Shown one piece after another: positions 10,489 through 20,816 of a stretch of 64,000 nucleotides of DNA. The notes under the pieces are model-generated. The model was not told the origin of the DNA, searched no databases, and saw only the letters and a program-made list of their open reading frames with translations. Every line of letters starts with the position of its first letter. Position 1 is the stretch's first letter. The stretch is from Longimicrobiales bacterium (GTDB lineage Bacteria; Gemmatimonadota; Gemmatimonadetes; Longimicrobiales; Gaopeijiaceae): positions 448,001 through 512,000 of the forward strand of contig CBDBCF010000001.1 in assembly GCA_965202985.1 (NCBI GenBank). Direction: 5' to 3'. The position numbers and the translations under genes were made by a program.

Positions 10489-10562
10489 GCCGCTCCGTCT
10501 TCGGGGCCGGGCCGGTGCGTCGGCAAACCCAGGCTGCGGCGTCCAGGGGAGAATACCGCACG

Positions 10563-11363
10563 GTGGACCAGTTCTTTCGGCAAGTCCAGTTCCTGCGGCC
10601 CGGTTGGGGCGATCTGGCCGAGATCGCCATCGTCTTCCTGCTGACGTACCGCGTGCTCCTGCTGGTTCGGGAGACGCGGGCGACCCAGATGCTCCTGGGC
10701 GTTCTGCTGCTGGGGGCCATGCACCTGGCGGCGACCGTCTTGGGGTTCTCCATGATCCGCAGCCTGATCGCCGGCGTGTTCCAGTACGGCGCCATCGCGG
10801 CGCTGGTGGTGTTCCAGCCCGAGATGCGGGCGGCGTTGGCGCGCTTGGGCGAGAGCCGCTTGGTCCGGCTGCTGGGGCCGGCGCGGGAGACGCGCATCGT
10901 GGACGGCATCGTCGAGGGCGTGGTGCAGCTGGCGCGTTCGGGAACGGGCGCCATCGTGGCCGTTCAGCGAGAGACGGGGCTGCGCGAATACGCGCGTTCG
11001 GGGAGCCGGGTGGACGCGCGACTGTCCCCCGAACTGCTTCGCTCGATCTTTGCGCCGCAGTCGCCGCTTCACGACGGCGCCGTCGTGGTGGTGGGCGACA
11101 CGATCCGGGCCGCGCGGGCGATCCTGCCTCTCACGCAGCACCCCGTGCCCGACCGCTCGCTGGGCACGCGCCACCGGGCCGCGATCGGCCTGAGCGAAGA
11201 AACCGACGCCCTGGTGATCGTCGTGAGCGAGGAGACGGCGCGGATCTCTCTCGCGCAGCGCGGCCGACTGGAGGTGGGGGTGGACGCCGACCGCCTGCGC
11301 GAGGTGCTGGAGCGGTCGATCCCGCGCAGCCCCGGGTTGGAGCTGGAGGCGGACCGGAGCTAA
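10563..11363 (+). CDS. cdaA: Diadenylate cyclase CdaA
   Basis: Three TM helices, FQPEMR, PLHDGA, LGTRHRAAIG, VSEETA. Confidence 0.93.
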   Translation: MDQFFRQVQFLRPGWGDLAEIAIVFLLTYRVLLLVRETRATQMLLGVLLLGAMHLAATVLGFSMIRSLIAGVFQYGAIAALVVFQPEMRAALARLGESRLVRLLGPARETRIVDGIVEGVVQLARSGTGAIVAVQRETGLREYARSGSRVDARLSPELLRSIFAPQSPLHDGAVVVVGDTIRAARAILPLTQHPVPDRSLGTRHRAAIGLSEETDALVIVVSEETARISLAQRGRLEVGVDADRLREVLERSIPRSPGLELEADRS

Positions 11364-11429
11364 GGAGCGGACCGGAGCCGGGAGCCCGGCGCGCGCCCCA
11401 GTCCCCAGATCAGCCGGGCGCCCCCCGAA

Positions 11430-13487
11430 TCAGCCGGGCGACGGAAGCGGCTCGGCGGGGTTCAGTCCAGCCTGCGGCTTGGCCTTGGGCTTGGGCTCCG
11501 CGCCGGGGAGCGACAAGAGGAGCTGCTCCACGTCCAGCTTCGCCGCCAGCGGCGGCAGCTCCTTGCCGTCCAGCAGAAGCTGAATCTCGTCGCCGTCCAG
11601 GGTCTCGCGGTCCAAAAGGGCTTCCGCGATGGCGTCCAGCAGGCTCCGGTTGTCTTCCAGCACGCTCCGCGCCCGGGCGTGCGCCTCGTCCAAGATGCGC
11701 TTCACCTCTTCGTCCACTTGGCGAGCGGTGTGCTCCGACACCTCGCGGCGCTGCACTAGCTCGCGTCCCAGGAAGACCTCCTGGTCCGAGTCGCCCACCG
11801 CCATGAGGCCGATCCTGTCCGACATGCCGAAGCGCGTGACCATGCGCCGGGCCATCGACGTGGCGCGCTCGATGTCGTTCCCCGCGCCGGTGGTGACCTT
11901 CTCCGGCCCGAACACCATCTCTTCGGCCACGCGGCCTCCGAAGAGCATGGCCAGCTGTCCGCGCATCCAGTCGCGCGTGTAGGAGTGGCGGTCCTCTTCG
12001 GGCAGCGAAGCCGTCAGCCCCAACGCCCTTCCCCGGGGTACGATCGTGACCTTGTGGACGGGGTCCAGACCCGGAACCTTGACCGCGATGACGGCGTGGC
12101 CCGCCTCGTGGTAGGCCGTCAGCTTCCGCTCCGAGTCGTTGAGCACCATGCTTCGCCGTTCGGCGCCCAGCATGATCTTGTCCTTGGCCTGGTCGAAGTC
12201 CTCCATGGCCACGCGGTCCACGCCCCGCCGGGCCGCGAACAGAGCGGCCTCGTTGCAGATGTTGGACAGGTCCGCGCCGCTGAGTCCCGGCGTTCCGCGG
12301 GCGATCAGGGACAGCTCCACGTCCTCTTCCAGCGGCAGCTGCTTGGCGTGGACGCGGAGGATGCCCTCTCGGCCTTGAAGGTCGGGCAGGTCCACGACCA
12401 CTTGGCGGTCGAAGCGGCCGGGGCGAAGCAACGCGGGGTCCAGCACGTCCGGCCGGTTGGTGGCGGCCAGCAGAATGACGCCCTCGTTGGCCTCGAAGCC
12501 GTCCATCTCGACCAGAAGGGCGTTCAAGGTCTGCTCGCGTTCGTCGTGGCCTCCGCCCAGCCCGGCGCCGCGGTGCCGGCCCACGGCGTCGATCTCGTCC
12601 ACGAAGATGATGCACGGGGCGTGGACCTTGCCCTGCTCGAAGAGGTCGCGGACCCTGGACGCCCCGACGCCCACGAACATCTCCACGAAGTCGGAACCCG
12701 ACATCTGGAAGAAGGGCCGCCCGGCCTCGCCGGCCACCGCGCGCGCCAGCAGGGTCTTGCCCGTGCCCGGCGGGCCGATTAGAAGCACGCCCTTGGGCAG
12801 GCGTCCCCCCAGGCGCGAGAACCGGGGCGGGTCCTTGAGGAACTCGACGACCTCTTCCAGCTCCTGCTTGGCCTCTTCGGCGCCGGCCACATCCGCGAAG
12901 GTGACCTGCGACGTGTCCGGGGCGATCAGCTTGGCCCGAGACCGGCCGAACTGGAAGGCGCGGTTCCCGCCGCTTTGCACGGAGCGGATGATCCAGATCA
13001 AGAAGCCGATGAAGAGGAGCCACGGAAGCGCGCCCAGCGCGAGACCCCACCACGACACGCCCTGGGGCTTGGCGGTGACCTCCACGTCGCGCGCTCGGAG
13101 GAGCTCGGCCAAGTTGGCGGCGTCGCCGGGCACCAGGACGGTCGCGAACTCGTGCACCTCGCGGTCGTCCACGGTGAGCGTGTGGCGAAGTTCGCCCTCC
13201 AGCCGCGTCTCGCCGTAGAAGGTGACCTCCAGGACGTTCTGGTCTTCCAGCTGCCGGTGCAGGTCGGACAGCGAGAACTCGTGCGGGGCGCCTTGCTCGG
13301 ACTCGCGCATGAACTGGAAGGCCAGGGCCGACATGAGGGCCAGGAGGATCCAGAACAGGGCCGCGCGCGACATCTTGGCCAGCTTGGGCGGACGCGGCTC
13401 CTTCTTGTCGGGGCCTTCCTTGGCCTCGCTCTTGGCGTCCTTCTTGTCCGGGCGGGGCTCCTTCTCGGCGGGCTTCTCGTCCGGCAT
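11430..13487 (-). CDS. ftsH: ATP-dependent zinc metalloprotease FtsH
   Basis: [40 protein letters not shown]. Confidence 0.98.
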   Translation of the reverse strand: MPDEKPAEKEPRPDKKDAKSEAKEGPDKKEPRPPKLAKMSRAALFWILLALMSALAFQFMRESEQGAPHEFSLSDLHRQLEDQNVLEVTFYGETRLEGELRHTLTVDDREVHEFATVLVPGDAANLAELLRARDVEVTAKPQGVSWWGLALGALPWLLFIGFLIWIIRSVQSGGNRAFQFGRSRAKLIAPDTSQVTFADVAGAEEAKQELEEVVEFLKDPPRFSRLGGRLPKGVLLIGPPGTGKTLLARAVAGEAGRPFFQMSGSDFVEMFVGVGASRVRDLFEQGKVHAPCIIFVDEIDAVGRHRGAGLGGGHDEREQTLNALLVEMDGFEANEGVILLAATNRPDVLDPALLRPGRFDRQVVVDLPDLQGREGILRVHAKQLPLEEDVELSLIARGTPGLSGADLSNICNEAALFAARRGVDRVAMEDFDQAKDKIMLGAERRSMVLNDSERKLTAYHEAGHAVIAVKVPGLDPVHKVTIVPRGRALGLTASLPEEDRHSYTRDWMRGQLAMLFGGRVAEEMVFGPEKVTTGAGNDIERATSMARRMVTRFGMSDRIGLMAVGDSDQEVFLGRELVQRREVSEHTARQVDEEVKRILDEAHARARSVLEDNRSLLDAIAEALLDRETLDGDEIQLLLDGKELPPLAAKLDVEQLLLSLPGAEPKPKAKPQAGLNPAEPLPSPG

Positions 13488-13514
13488 GGTGCGTGCTTCG
13501 CCTCCGTCCGGCGG

Positions 13515-14075
13515 TCAGATCGAGCCGATGAAGGGCAGGTGCCGGAAGTCCTCGCCGTCCCCCAGTCCGTAGCCCACGAGAAACTCCTTTGGCGCGTCGA
13601 ACCCTACCCAGCGGGGCTCCTGCGCCACCCGCGCCGTGCGTTTGTGGAGAAGAGTGCAGACCTCGAGGCTAGCCGGGTTCCGGTCCCGCAGGAGCGGAAT
13701 CATGTGGTTCATGGTGGTCCCGCTGTCCACGATGTCCTCTACTAGGATAACACTTCGGCCCTCCAGGTTGGCCCTGGGGTCGTACAGCAGACGCACTTCG
13801 CCGCCGCTGGTGCGCGCGTTTCCGTAGCTGGACGCGCGGATGAAGTCGACTTGGACGGGACGCGGAATCCGGCGCACCAAGTCGGCGATGAAGATGAACG
13901 AGCCCTTGAGCAGGCCCAGCACCAGCACCTCTTCGTCGGGGCCGTAGGCGGCGCCGATCTGTCTCCCCATCTCCCGAACCCGGTCCTGGATCGCGTCCTC
14001 CGTGAAGACGACCCGTTCGAGCCGCTTGTCTCCCAGTTGGAGCGCGGCGAAGGCGTCCAGGGCGTGGACGTTCAC
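13515..14075 (-). CDS. hpt: Hypoxanthine phosphoribosyltransferase
   Basis: LLKGSFIFIADL, VEDIVDSGTT, FLVGYGL; tilS-hpt-ftsH synteny. Confidence 0.94.
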   Translation of the reverse strand: MNVHALDAFAALQLGDKRLERVVFTEDAIQDRVREMGRQIGAAYGPDEEVLVLGLLKGSFIFIADLVRRIPRPVQVDFIRASSYGNARTSGGEVRLLYDPRANLEGRSVILVEDIVDSGTTMNHMIPLLRDRNPASLEVCTLLHKRTARVAQEPRWVGFDAPKEFLVGYGLGDGEDFRHLPFIGSI

Positions 14076-15490
14076 GGGCGGTCCAGCACGCGGACGCCGA
14101 CGCAAAGGGGCGCAGGAAGCGAAGACGGCGCGTCGGGCGCGCTCGATTCCGGCGGGTTCGTCAGGCCGGGAAGCCAGAGCACGGCGCCGGTTGCGCCGGC
14201 CAGCACGGGGACGCCGTCGCGCCGGTCGGTCGGGATGCGCGCTTCCAAGAGGAGCTTCTTGACCTTTTTCTTTCCGTAGGGCAGCGAAACCCGGTCTCCG
14301 GGGCGCCAGGGACGGACGGCAAGGGGAAATTCTACCTCTGGAGGCGAAAGGCACGCAACGAAGGGGAACCCTGCCGGCGGCGACGGTCCCCACGCGACTT
14401 GGACCCGATGCGCACCGCGTTGGTAGTCGCCTTCGCCCCGGCTGCGGTCGGCGATCCGGACGGCGGACGGGGTGGGCGGTTCGCCGGCGTCTCGAGCGGG
14501 GCGTAGGCGCAGCTGGCCCAGGGATGCAAGGACCGCGACCCCTCCCTTTACGGTGGTCCGGCGACCGCTCCGGGCTTCCCTGACGAACCGCGCGAGTTCG
14601 CGCGTTCCGGCGCGGCTGGGGCGCCCGCCCACGCGGGCCAGGGCGCGGCGCAGAACCAGGACGAGCAGCGGATCGGGCAACGCGCGCAGGATCTCGATCT
14701 CCAGCGAGAGCCCGCCGGGCGGGGGCGGGGCGCCCCGCGAGTCGGCGGCGGACGCGGCTTCGATCCGGTCGTCCAGCAGGTGGTCCAGGGCCGCCGTTTG
14801 CTGGCGGCACGTGTCGGCAAGGGTGGCCAGGGCCGCCGTGGCCCCAGGCACCGCTTCTTCCAGGGCCGGCAGCACGTGGCGACGGAGCCGGTTGCGGGTC
14901 CAGCGCGAGTCTCGGTTGGACGGGTCTTCGCGGAAGGGGACGCCGTGGCGGTCGGCGAACGCGGCCAGCTCGCGCCGTCGGAAGGGAAGCAGGGGCCGGA
15001 CCACGAACGGCGCGCGCAGGGGCAGGATGCCGGCCAAGCCGTGGGGGCCGGCGCCCCGGGCGGCGCGAAAGAGCACGGTCTCGGCTTGGTCGTCCGCGGT
15101 GTGGGCGGTCGCCGCCCAGGCGTCGGGGTCCAGTTCCCGTCGGGCCTCTTCGAAGAGGCGGTAGCGCAGTTTCCGACCTTCGGCCTCGGACCGGACCGGC
15201 GCCGGGGCCGCGCGAACTCGGCACGGCACGTTCCAGCCCGCGCACGTCCGGGCCACCCAGCGAGCATCGGCGTCGCTGCCGGCGCGCATCCGGTGGTCCA
15301 CGTGGACGACTTGAAGGCGAAGAGGACTCGCTCGCTCCGCGCGGCGCGCCACGCGCTTCAACAGAAAGAGCAGCGTCATCGAGTCCAAGCCCCCCGAGAC
15401 GCCCACCACCAGCGCCTCGGCTTCGCACATCGAGGCCAGCTCCGCCCAGTGCGCGCGGAAGCGGTCCTCGAGGTCCGCCGCGCCGCTCAC
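14072..15490 (-). CDS. tilS: tRNA(Ile)-lysidine synthetase
   Basis: SGGLDS, HVDHRMR, TAHTADDQAET, EDPSN, RNRLR. Confidence 0.93.
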   Translation of the reverse strand: MSGAADLEDRFRAHWAELASMCEAEALVVGVSGGLDSMTLLFLLKRVARRAERASPLRLQVVHVDHRMRAGSDADARWVARTCAGWNVPCRVRAAPAPVRSEAEGRKLRYRLFEEARRELDPDAWAATAHTADDQAETVLFRAARGAGPHGLAGILPLRAPFVVRPLLPFRRRELAAFADRHGVPFREDPSNRDSRWTRNRLRRHVLPALEEAVPGATAALATLADTCRQQTAALDHLLDDRIEAASAADSRGAPPPPGGLSLEIEILRALPDPLLVLVLRRALARVGGRPSRAGTRELARFVREARSGRRTTVKGGVAVLASLGQLRLRPARDAGEPPTPSAVRIADRSRGEGDYQRGAHRVQVAWGPSPPAGFPFVACLSPPEVEFPLAVRPWRPGDRVSLPYGKKKVKKLLLEARIPTDRRDGVPVLAGATGAVLWLPGLTNPPESSAPDAPSSLPAPLCVGVRVLDRP

Positions 15491-16332
15491 CTGTTCGCCC
15501 GGCGGGTCGCCGTCGAAGCGCTCGCCGGGGCTGGGGGACGGCCCGCGACCTCGGACAGCACGGCGGCCAAGCGGTCGGGTCGATCGGTCTGGATGCCGTC
15601 CACGCCCCAGTCCAGGAGCGTGCGCACGCGGGAAGGTTCGTCCACGACCCAAGCGTGAACGGGGATGTTGCGACGGTGGGCGGCTCGCACCAGCGAACGG
15701 GTCAGCACCGGGAGCCGTCCGTACCGCTCGGGCACTTGGAAGGCGCATGCATTGGGGACGTACCACCGCCCGGCGACGGGCACGCGGTAAGCGAACCAGA
15801 ACGGCGCCAGCTGCCTGCGGGACGCGCCCCACGGCCCGGCGTGCCCGCGCGCGCCCCTTCGAGTGGATTCGCGAACGGCGCCGACGAGCACCCGGTGCTG
15901 CGCGCCGTGGCGGCGGATGCGGTCGGCCAGGGGGGCCGCGGCCTCGGGCGCCTTCGGCTCCACGATGATGCGCGTGTCGGGAAACGTCTCCAAGACCTGC
16001 TCGAAGAAAGGCACGCGCACGCCCTTGCCCCGAAACGAGCGGGCGCCGTCCGAGTCGCGAAATCGGTGTCCGGCGTCCAGCTCCCGGAGCTGGGGCCACG
16101 TCATGTCGCGAACGGCGCCGGTCCCGTCGGTGGTGCGGTCCACGGTCTCGTCGTGGAGGACCGCCATGCGACCGTCGGCGGTGAGGCGCACGTCCATTTC
16201 GAGCACGTCGGCGTCCCAGTCGTCCACGGCCCCGCGAAAGGCTTCCATGGTGTTCTCGGGCGCCAGCTTGGCGCCGCCTCGGTGGACCATGAGAAGGGGC
16301 GCGCCGGCGAAGTAGGGATGGCCGGGACGCAC
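15487..16332 (-). CDS. Glycerophosphodiester phosphodiesterase
   Basis: HRGG, PENT, EMDV, HDETVDRTT, GVDGIQTDRP. Confidence 0.92.
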   Translation of the reverse strand: MRPGHPYFAGAPLLMVHRGGAKLAPENTMEAFRGAVDDWDADVLEMDVRLTADGRMAVLHDETVDRTTDGTGAVRDMTWPQLRELDAGHRFRDSDGARSFRGKGVRVPFFEQVLETFPDTRIIVEPKAPEAAAPLADRIRRHGAQHRVLVGAVRESTRRGARGHAGPWGASRRQLAPFWFAYRVPVAGRWYVPNACAFQVPERYGRLPVLTRSLVRAAHRRNIPVHAWVVDEPSRVRTLLDWGVDGIQTDRPDRLAAVLSEVAGRPPAPASASTATRRANR

Positions 16333-16336
16333 CGCG

Positions 16337-17119
16337 CTAGCTGGGCACCTTGCGCGCCGCGGCGTCGTAGAGCGCGCGAGGCAGAGCGCGGCACAGGCTT
16401 GCGGGAACAGCCAGCTGCCACGGGAACGCCAGCGCGCGCCGACGGGCCAAGATCGCCCGCGCAATGCGGTCGGCGGCCGAGTCAACGTCCATCATGAAAG
16501 GACGGGGGCGATCGTCGCCCAGTTCGGTCATTTCGGTGCGAACGAAGCCCGGGTTCGCGATCGTGACCGCCACCCCCCGTGGCCGAAGCTCCAGCCGCAG
16601 GCTCTCGAAGAAGTGGATCATGGCGGCCTTCGACGCCCCGTACGCCGCCCTGCCCCGCAAACCGCCGAGGCCGGCCAGGCTGGCCACGGCCGCCAAGTGC
16701 CCCGATCGGCGGCGCAGCATCTCGGGAAGGACGGCCTCGACCGCGTAGACCGCGCCCATGAAGTTCACGCGAACGATGCGCTCCACCTCCTCGGCGTCCA
16801 GGCCGTCCGCGCTGTCCCGGAGCGCCACTCCGGCGTTGGCCACCAGCAGCTCCACGGGACCTAGCGCCACTCGGCACTCCGCCACGGCACGGCGCACCTG
16901 TTCGGGATCGGACACGTCGCAGGGGTGAACGGAAGCGGCGCCGTCGCGGTCCGAGATGTCGGCCGCGACCTCTTCCAGCCGGTCCTGGCGACGGGCCGCC
17001 AGCGCGACGGCGTACCCCGCCCCGGCCAAGCGGATGGCCAGCGCCCGGCCGATTCCGGAGGACGCGCCGGTCACGAAGGCGACGGGCGGATCGGGGCGGG
17101 TCCGGAAGGGCTGGGTCAT
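16337..17119 (-). CDS. SDR family oxidoreductase
   Basis: TGASSGIG, NAG, YGASK, PGFVRT. Confidence 0.92.
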   Translation of the reverse strand: MTQPFRTRPDPPVAFVTGASSGIGRALAIRLAGAGYAVALAARRQDRLEEVAADISDRDGAASVHPCDVSDPEQVRRAVAECRVALGPVELLVANAGVALRDSADGLDAEEVERIVRVNFMGAVYAVEAVLPEMLRRRSGHLAAVASLAGLGGLRGRAAYGASKAAMIHFFESLRLELRPRGVAVTIANPGFVRTEMTELGDDRPRPFMMDVDSAADRIARAILARRRALAFPWQLAVPASLCRALPRALYDAAARKVPS

Positions 17120-17187
17120 CGGGAGCGATTCGGGCGGTGGGGAAGCAAGTCTTGCGCTAGGCGTAGTTCCTAGTCAAGGCTGAGTGC

Positions 17188-18171
17188 ATGGGAGACCCGA
17201 AGATGAAGGCGGCGCCTGACGACCCGACGGCAACCGAACCGGCTCTACGCGCCCCGGACGAGCTTGGCGCGCACGTCTCCGTGGCGGGCGGCCCCGAGAA
17301 GGCGCCTGGGCGCGCTGCGGAGATCGGCGCCGTCGTGCTCCAGATGTTTACGAAGGCACCCAGCCGGTGGGACGACCCGGCGTGGCCCGCGGGCACGGGC
17401 GCTCGATTCCGAGCCGAAGCCGCGCGGGCCGGCGTGGTCTACGCCGCCACTCACGACTCCTACTTGATCAACATGGCGTCGCCCGATCCGGTCTTGCGGG
17501 AGCGCTCGGTGGTGGCGTTCCGGCGCGAGTTGGAGCGGGCCGGGCGGCTGGGACTGGACGCGGTGGTGACGCATCCGGGGAACGCCACGGACGGAGACAA
17601 GGCCTCGGGCGTCGATCGGAACGCGGAGGCGGTCGCGGAGGCCATTGAAGGGGCGAGCGGAGCGGGCACCACCGCCGGCGGAGCGTCCTCGGGCGACGGG
17701 GATGCGGGCTCGGGCGGACCGCGCGTGCTGTTGGAGCTCACGGCGGGGGCGGGCACGTCGGTCGGGGGGACCTTCGAGGAGTTGGCGACGATCATTCGTC
17801 GGGTGCCGGAGCCGTGGCGGCGGCGGGTCGGCGTCTGCTTCGACACGTGCCACGCGTGGGTGGGCGGCTACGACCTGGTGGCGGACTTCGACGGCGTCGT
17901 GGCGCGCATGGACGACGCCTTCGGGGCGGACCGGATCGGGCTCTTTCACCTGAACGACGCCAAGACGCCCTTCGGGTCTCGCCGGGACCGTCACGAGCAC
18001 ATCGGCCAGGGCTCCATGGGCGAGGAACCGTTCCGGCGGCTGCTGAACTCGGACCGGTTCCGACACGTGCCCAAGGTCCTGGAGACGCCCAAGGGCGGGG
18101 ACGCGACGAAGTCGGACCGGGCGAACTTGGCCGTGCTGCGGGGCCTGCGCCTCGACGTCTCGGGATCGTAG
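17188..18171 (+). CDS. nfo: Endonuclease IV
   Basis: LGAHVS, HDSYLIN, HPG, DTCH, HLND, DRHEHIG, LETP. Confidence 0.93.
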   Translation: MGDPKMKAAPDDPTATEPALRAPDELGAHVSVAGGPEKAPGRAAEIGAVVLQMFTKAPSRWDDPAWPAGTGARFRAEAARAGVVYAATHDSYLINMASPDPVLRERSVVAFRRELERAGRLGLDAVVTHPGNATDGDKASGVDRNAEAVAEAIEGASGAGTTAGGASSGDGDAGSGGPRVLLELTAGAGTSVGGTFEELATIIRRVPEPWRRRVGVCFDTCHAWVGGYDLVADFDGVVARMDDAFGADRIGLFHLNDAKTPFGSRRDRHEHIGQGSMGEEPFRRLLNSDRFRHVPKVLETPKGGDATKSDRANLAVLRGLRLDVSGS

Positions 18172-18183
18172 CCGCCGGGTCAA

Positions 18184-18768
18184 ATGTCGTTCGCCGTCAC
18201 GCGCACGCCGATCTCGGACCTGCTGATCGTGGAGCCCCAGGTGCACGGCGACGACCGCGGGCATCTCTACGAGGTCTTCTCGGGACCACGCTTCGCCGCC
18301 TTGGGGCTGCCGGACGCCTTCGTGCAGGAGAACCACTCCCGGTCGCGACGGGGCGTGGTGCGGGGGCTGCACTTCCAGTGGGACCCGCCGATGGGCAAGA
18401 TGATGCGGGCCACGCTGGGCGCCGTGTTCCTGGTGGCCGTGGACATCCGCAAGGGATCTCCCACGCTGGGCAAGTGGTTCGGCATGGAGGCCAGTGCCGA
18501 ATCGAAGCGCCAGCTTTGGGCGCCGGCCGGGTTCGCCCGGGGGTTCTGTGGGCTGAGCGCGTGGGCCGAAGTCCAGTACTTGTGCACGGGGCCGTACAAT
18601 CCGGCGTGCGAGTCGGGCATCCGGTGGAACGACCCGGAGGTGGGCGTGGCGTGGCCCGTGCCAGGCGGCGAAGCCCCGTTGCTGTCGTCCAAGGACCGAC
18701 AAGCGGGAACGCTGGCCGACTGGCTGGCCCGCCCCGAGTCGGAGCTGTTCGTCTACGAGCCGGGCTGA
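18184..18768 (+). CDS. rfbC: dTDP-4-dehydrorhamnose 3,5-epimerase
   Basis: DDRG, QENHSRS, RGLHFQ, VAVDIRKGSPT, IRWNDP. Confidence 0.93.
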   Translation: MSFAVTRTPISDLLIVEPQVHGDDRGHLYEVFSGPRFAALGLPDAFVQENHSRSRRGVVRGLHFQWDPPMGKMMRATLGAVFLVAVDIRKGSPTLGKWFGMEASAESKRQLWAPAGFARGFCGLSAWAEVQYLCTGPYNPACESGIRWNDPEVGVAWPVPGGEAPLLSSKDRQAGTLADWLARPESELFVYEPG

Positions 18769-19778
18769 CGGCGGCGGGAAGACGAGGCCGGTCCGACACG
18801 GGCGCCGATGCGGTCCGCGATTCGGCGGCGCAGGTCGTCCAGCTTGTCGGACTCCCATGTTATGTGGTGATACTGCCTCGTGTCGAAATGCAGCTTATTG
18901 ATGCAGTCCTTGCGACATGTGGAGAAGACTTCGATCCCGAGGCCGCGAGCAAAGCCGGCCTCGAAGTAGACGCTGCCCCGAATGCCGTCCTCGCCGTGCG
19001 TGAAGTCCGCCAGCACGAAGCGGCATCGGCGAATGCCGGCCATGATCGCGTCGTCGATCTTGTCCACGTTCTTTTCTCGATCGATCCGGACCGCCTTGTA
19101 TCCTGCGTCCTCGATTCCCGGCCTGATCCCTTGATCGTACACTGCGTCCATCGACTCGTCGAGCCACATCGCCACGAACGCCTCGTTTGATTCGGAATCC
19201 GGGGGACTGTCGAGGGCGGCGTAGCCTTGAACCGTCACCTCGACGCTGTAGTTCGGGTCGGTTGGTGGCCTTGCGATACGGATCCAGTTCTTGTCGGCCA
19301 GGTATTGACATAGGAATTTCAGCTCGTCAGCCGTCGTCGATTCCGACCATGCCAATGCTCTCTGGCCTACTTCCGACATCTGCGGGGGTGCATTCGGGCC
19401 GCTCGTATAGTGGTAGAGGGTGATGTCTTGGCCGATCGCCGGCGACCAGCGTGCAAGCTGTTTCATTAGTCGCTGGACGCGATCGGGGACCGAGAGACTT
19501 GCGGCCAGCACGTCATGGGCGTCGGTCTCAAGCCATTCCAGGGTAATCACCAGGGGGCGACCCGTCTCCTGCCGATGGTCGATCAGGCGAGTCGTTAGGC
19601 GCGCCTTCGCCGCATCCTCCGACAACACCCTAACCTGCTCCAGTAGGTTCGCAGCTGCCTCTGTGATCCCGTAACATCCGCCGGCTCGCGACGAGTCTAC
19701 CCACCACAGAGCTTTTCTCTCGTCCCCATGAAGGTCGGCTCGGCAATCCGGCCAGATAAAGCAACGGCCATTCGTCAT
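18753..19778 (-). CDS. Protein with C-terminal nucleoside 2-deoxyribosyltransferase-like/TIR-like domain
   Basis: C-terminus AFVAMW..GYKAVRID..I..CRFVLADFT..RGSVYFEAGFARGLG..LHFDTRQY; codon usage less GC-biased than neighbours. Confidence 0.75.
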   Translation of the reverse strand: MTNGRCFIWPDCRADLHGDERKALWWVDSSRAGGCYGITEAAANLLEQVRVLSEDAAKARLTTRLIDHRQETGRPLVITLEWLETDAHDVLAASLSVPDRVQRLMKQLARWSPAIGQDITLYHYTSGPNAPPQMSEVGQRALAWSESTTADELKFLCQYLADKNWIRIARPPTDPNYSVEVTVQGYAALDSPPDSESNEAFVAMWLDESMDAVYDQGIRPGIEDAGYKAVRIDREKNVDKIDDAIMAGIRRCRFVLADFTHGEDGIRGSVYFEAGFARGLGIEVFSTCRKDCINKLHFDTRQYHHITWESDKLDDLRRRIADRIGARVGPASSSRRRQPGS

Positions 19779-19798
19779 CGCACTTCTCCGGGCGAGCC

Positions 19799-20611
19799 CT
19801 ACCGCCGCCGCTCCCGCTGCGCCGCCGCTTTCTCGACGAGCCGCCGCAGCTCGGCGATGGGCTCCGGGTGGTCGTCCACTTGCAGGCGCAGCACCACGTC
19901 GTTGTTGAGCCAGACGCCGCCGTCTTCTTGGACTACCAGCATGGCCGCCGACTGCATTCCGCGGGTGTCGCCGCCAGCGGCTTGGCCTGCTTCGAGGGCG
20001 GCTTGGAGTCGGAGGGAGATGTGCCCCTGGGTGGACTCGAAGGCGGCCACCATGTCGTCCACGACCGCCGGCCCGGCCAAGATGTTGCCCTGGGCGGAGC
20101 AGTGCTCGCCGATTCGGTGGCCCGCCCACTCGCTGGCTCGGGGACCCGTGTGGGTCGCGACCTCGCCGGCGGCGTTCATGACGGAGAACTGGCGACCCAG
20201 CTTGGTCCAGCGTTCGGGGTCGGGATCGGGGTCGCGGGAGAGGACCTCGCGGACCACCTCGTCCGGGGACAGGCCCTGCCGCAGCAGCTCCAGCGCCTGG
20301 GGGCCGTAGCTCACGTCCACGATCGCCTGGGTGGCGACCACGCCCACGCCGGCTTCGCCCCAGACCACGCCGTTGCCCACAGAGAAGACACGGGACTGGA
20401 CGGCCACGCCCACTTCGCCGGTGGCCGGATCGAAGCCGACGATCGAGAAGGTGGCAGCGGGCGGCCAAGGAGCGGCGGGAAGGTCTTGGGCGACAAGGGC
20501 GACGAGCGGTCGGAGTGGGGCGGCGCCGAGGGCGGCCATGACCACGGCGGCCACGACGGCAACGGTCGGCGCAACCGGCGCCGGACGGGGGGTGCACGGC
20601 GGAACGGTCAT
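19799..20611 (-). CDS. DUF1028 domain protein (Ntn-hydrolase-like)
   Basis: TFSIV..GVAVQS, VATQA, QGNILAG, GGDTRGMQSAA, VDDHPEP. Confidence 0.88.
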   Translation of the reverse strand: MTVPPCTPRPAPVAPTVAVVAAVVMAALGAAPLRPLVALVAQDLPAAPWPPAATFSIVGFDPATGEVGVAVQSRVFSVGNGVVWGEAGVGVVATQAIVDVSYGPQALELLRQGLSPDEVVREVLSRDPDPDPERWTKLGRQFSVMNAAGEVATHTGPRASEWAGHRIGEHCSAQGNILAGPAVVDDMVAAFESTQGHISLRLQAALEAGQAAGGDTRGMQSAAMLVVQEDGGVWLNNDVVLRLQVDDHPEPIAELRRLVEKAAAQRERRR

Positions 20612-20816
20612 GTCGTCTCCAGGTTCATGTGCGCGGCGGTCGGTGGGGGCGGTTCGGGCGCAATGCTCCGGCAGCGGCGCGTCCGCTCGGCCTCGGGACG
20701 CGACGTTCCAAGGGTCTCGGAAGCTTCCCCGCTTCCCGGCCTTCGAGCAAGGGCGGCGGGCGTCCGGGCGAACTCGATGGTGTCTCGCAGGACCGGGCTG
20801 TTCCATTTGACTGCAC

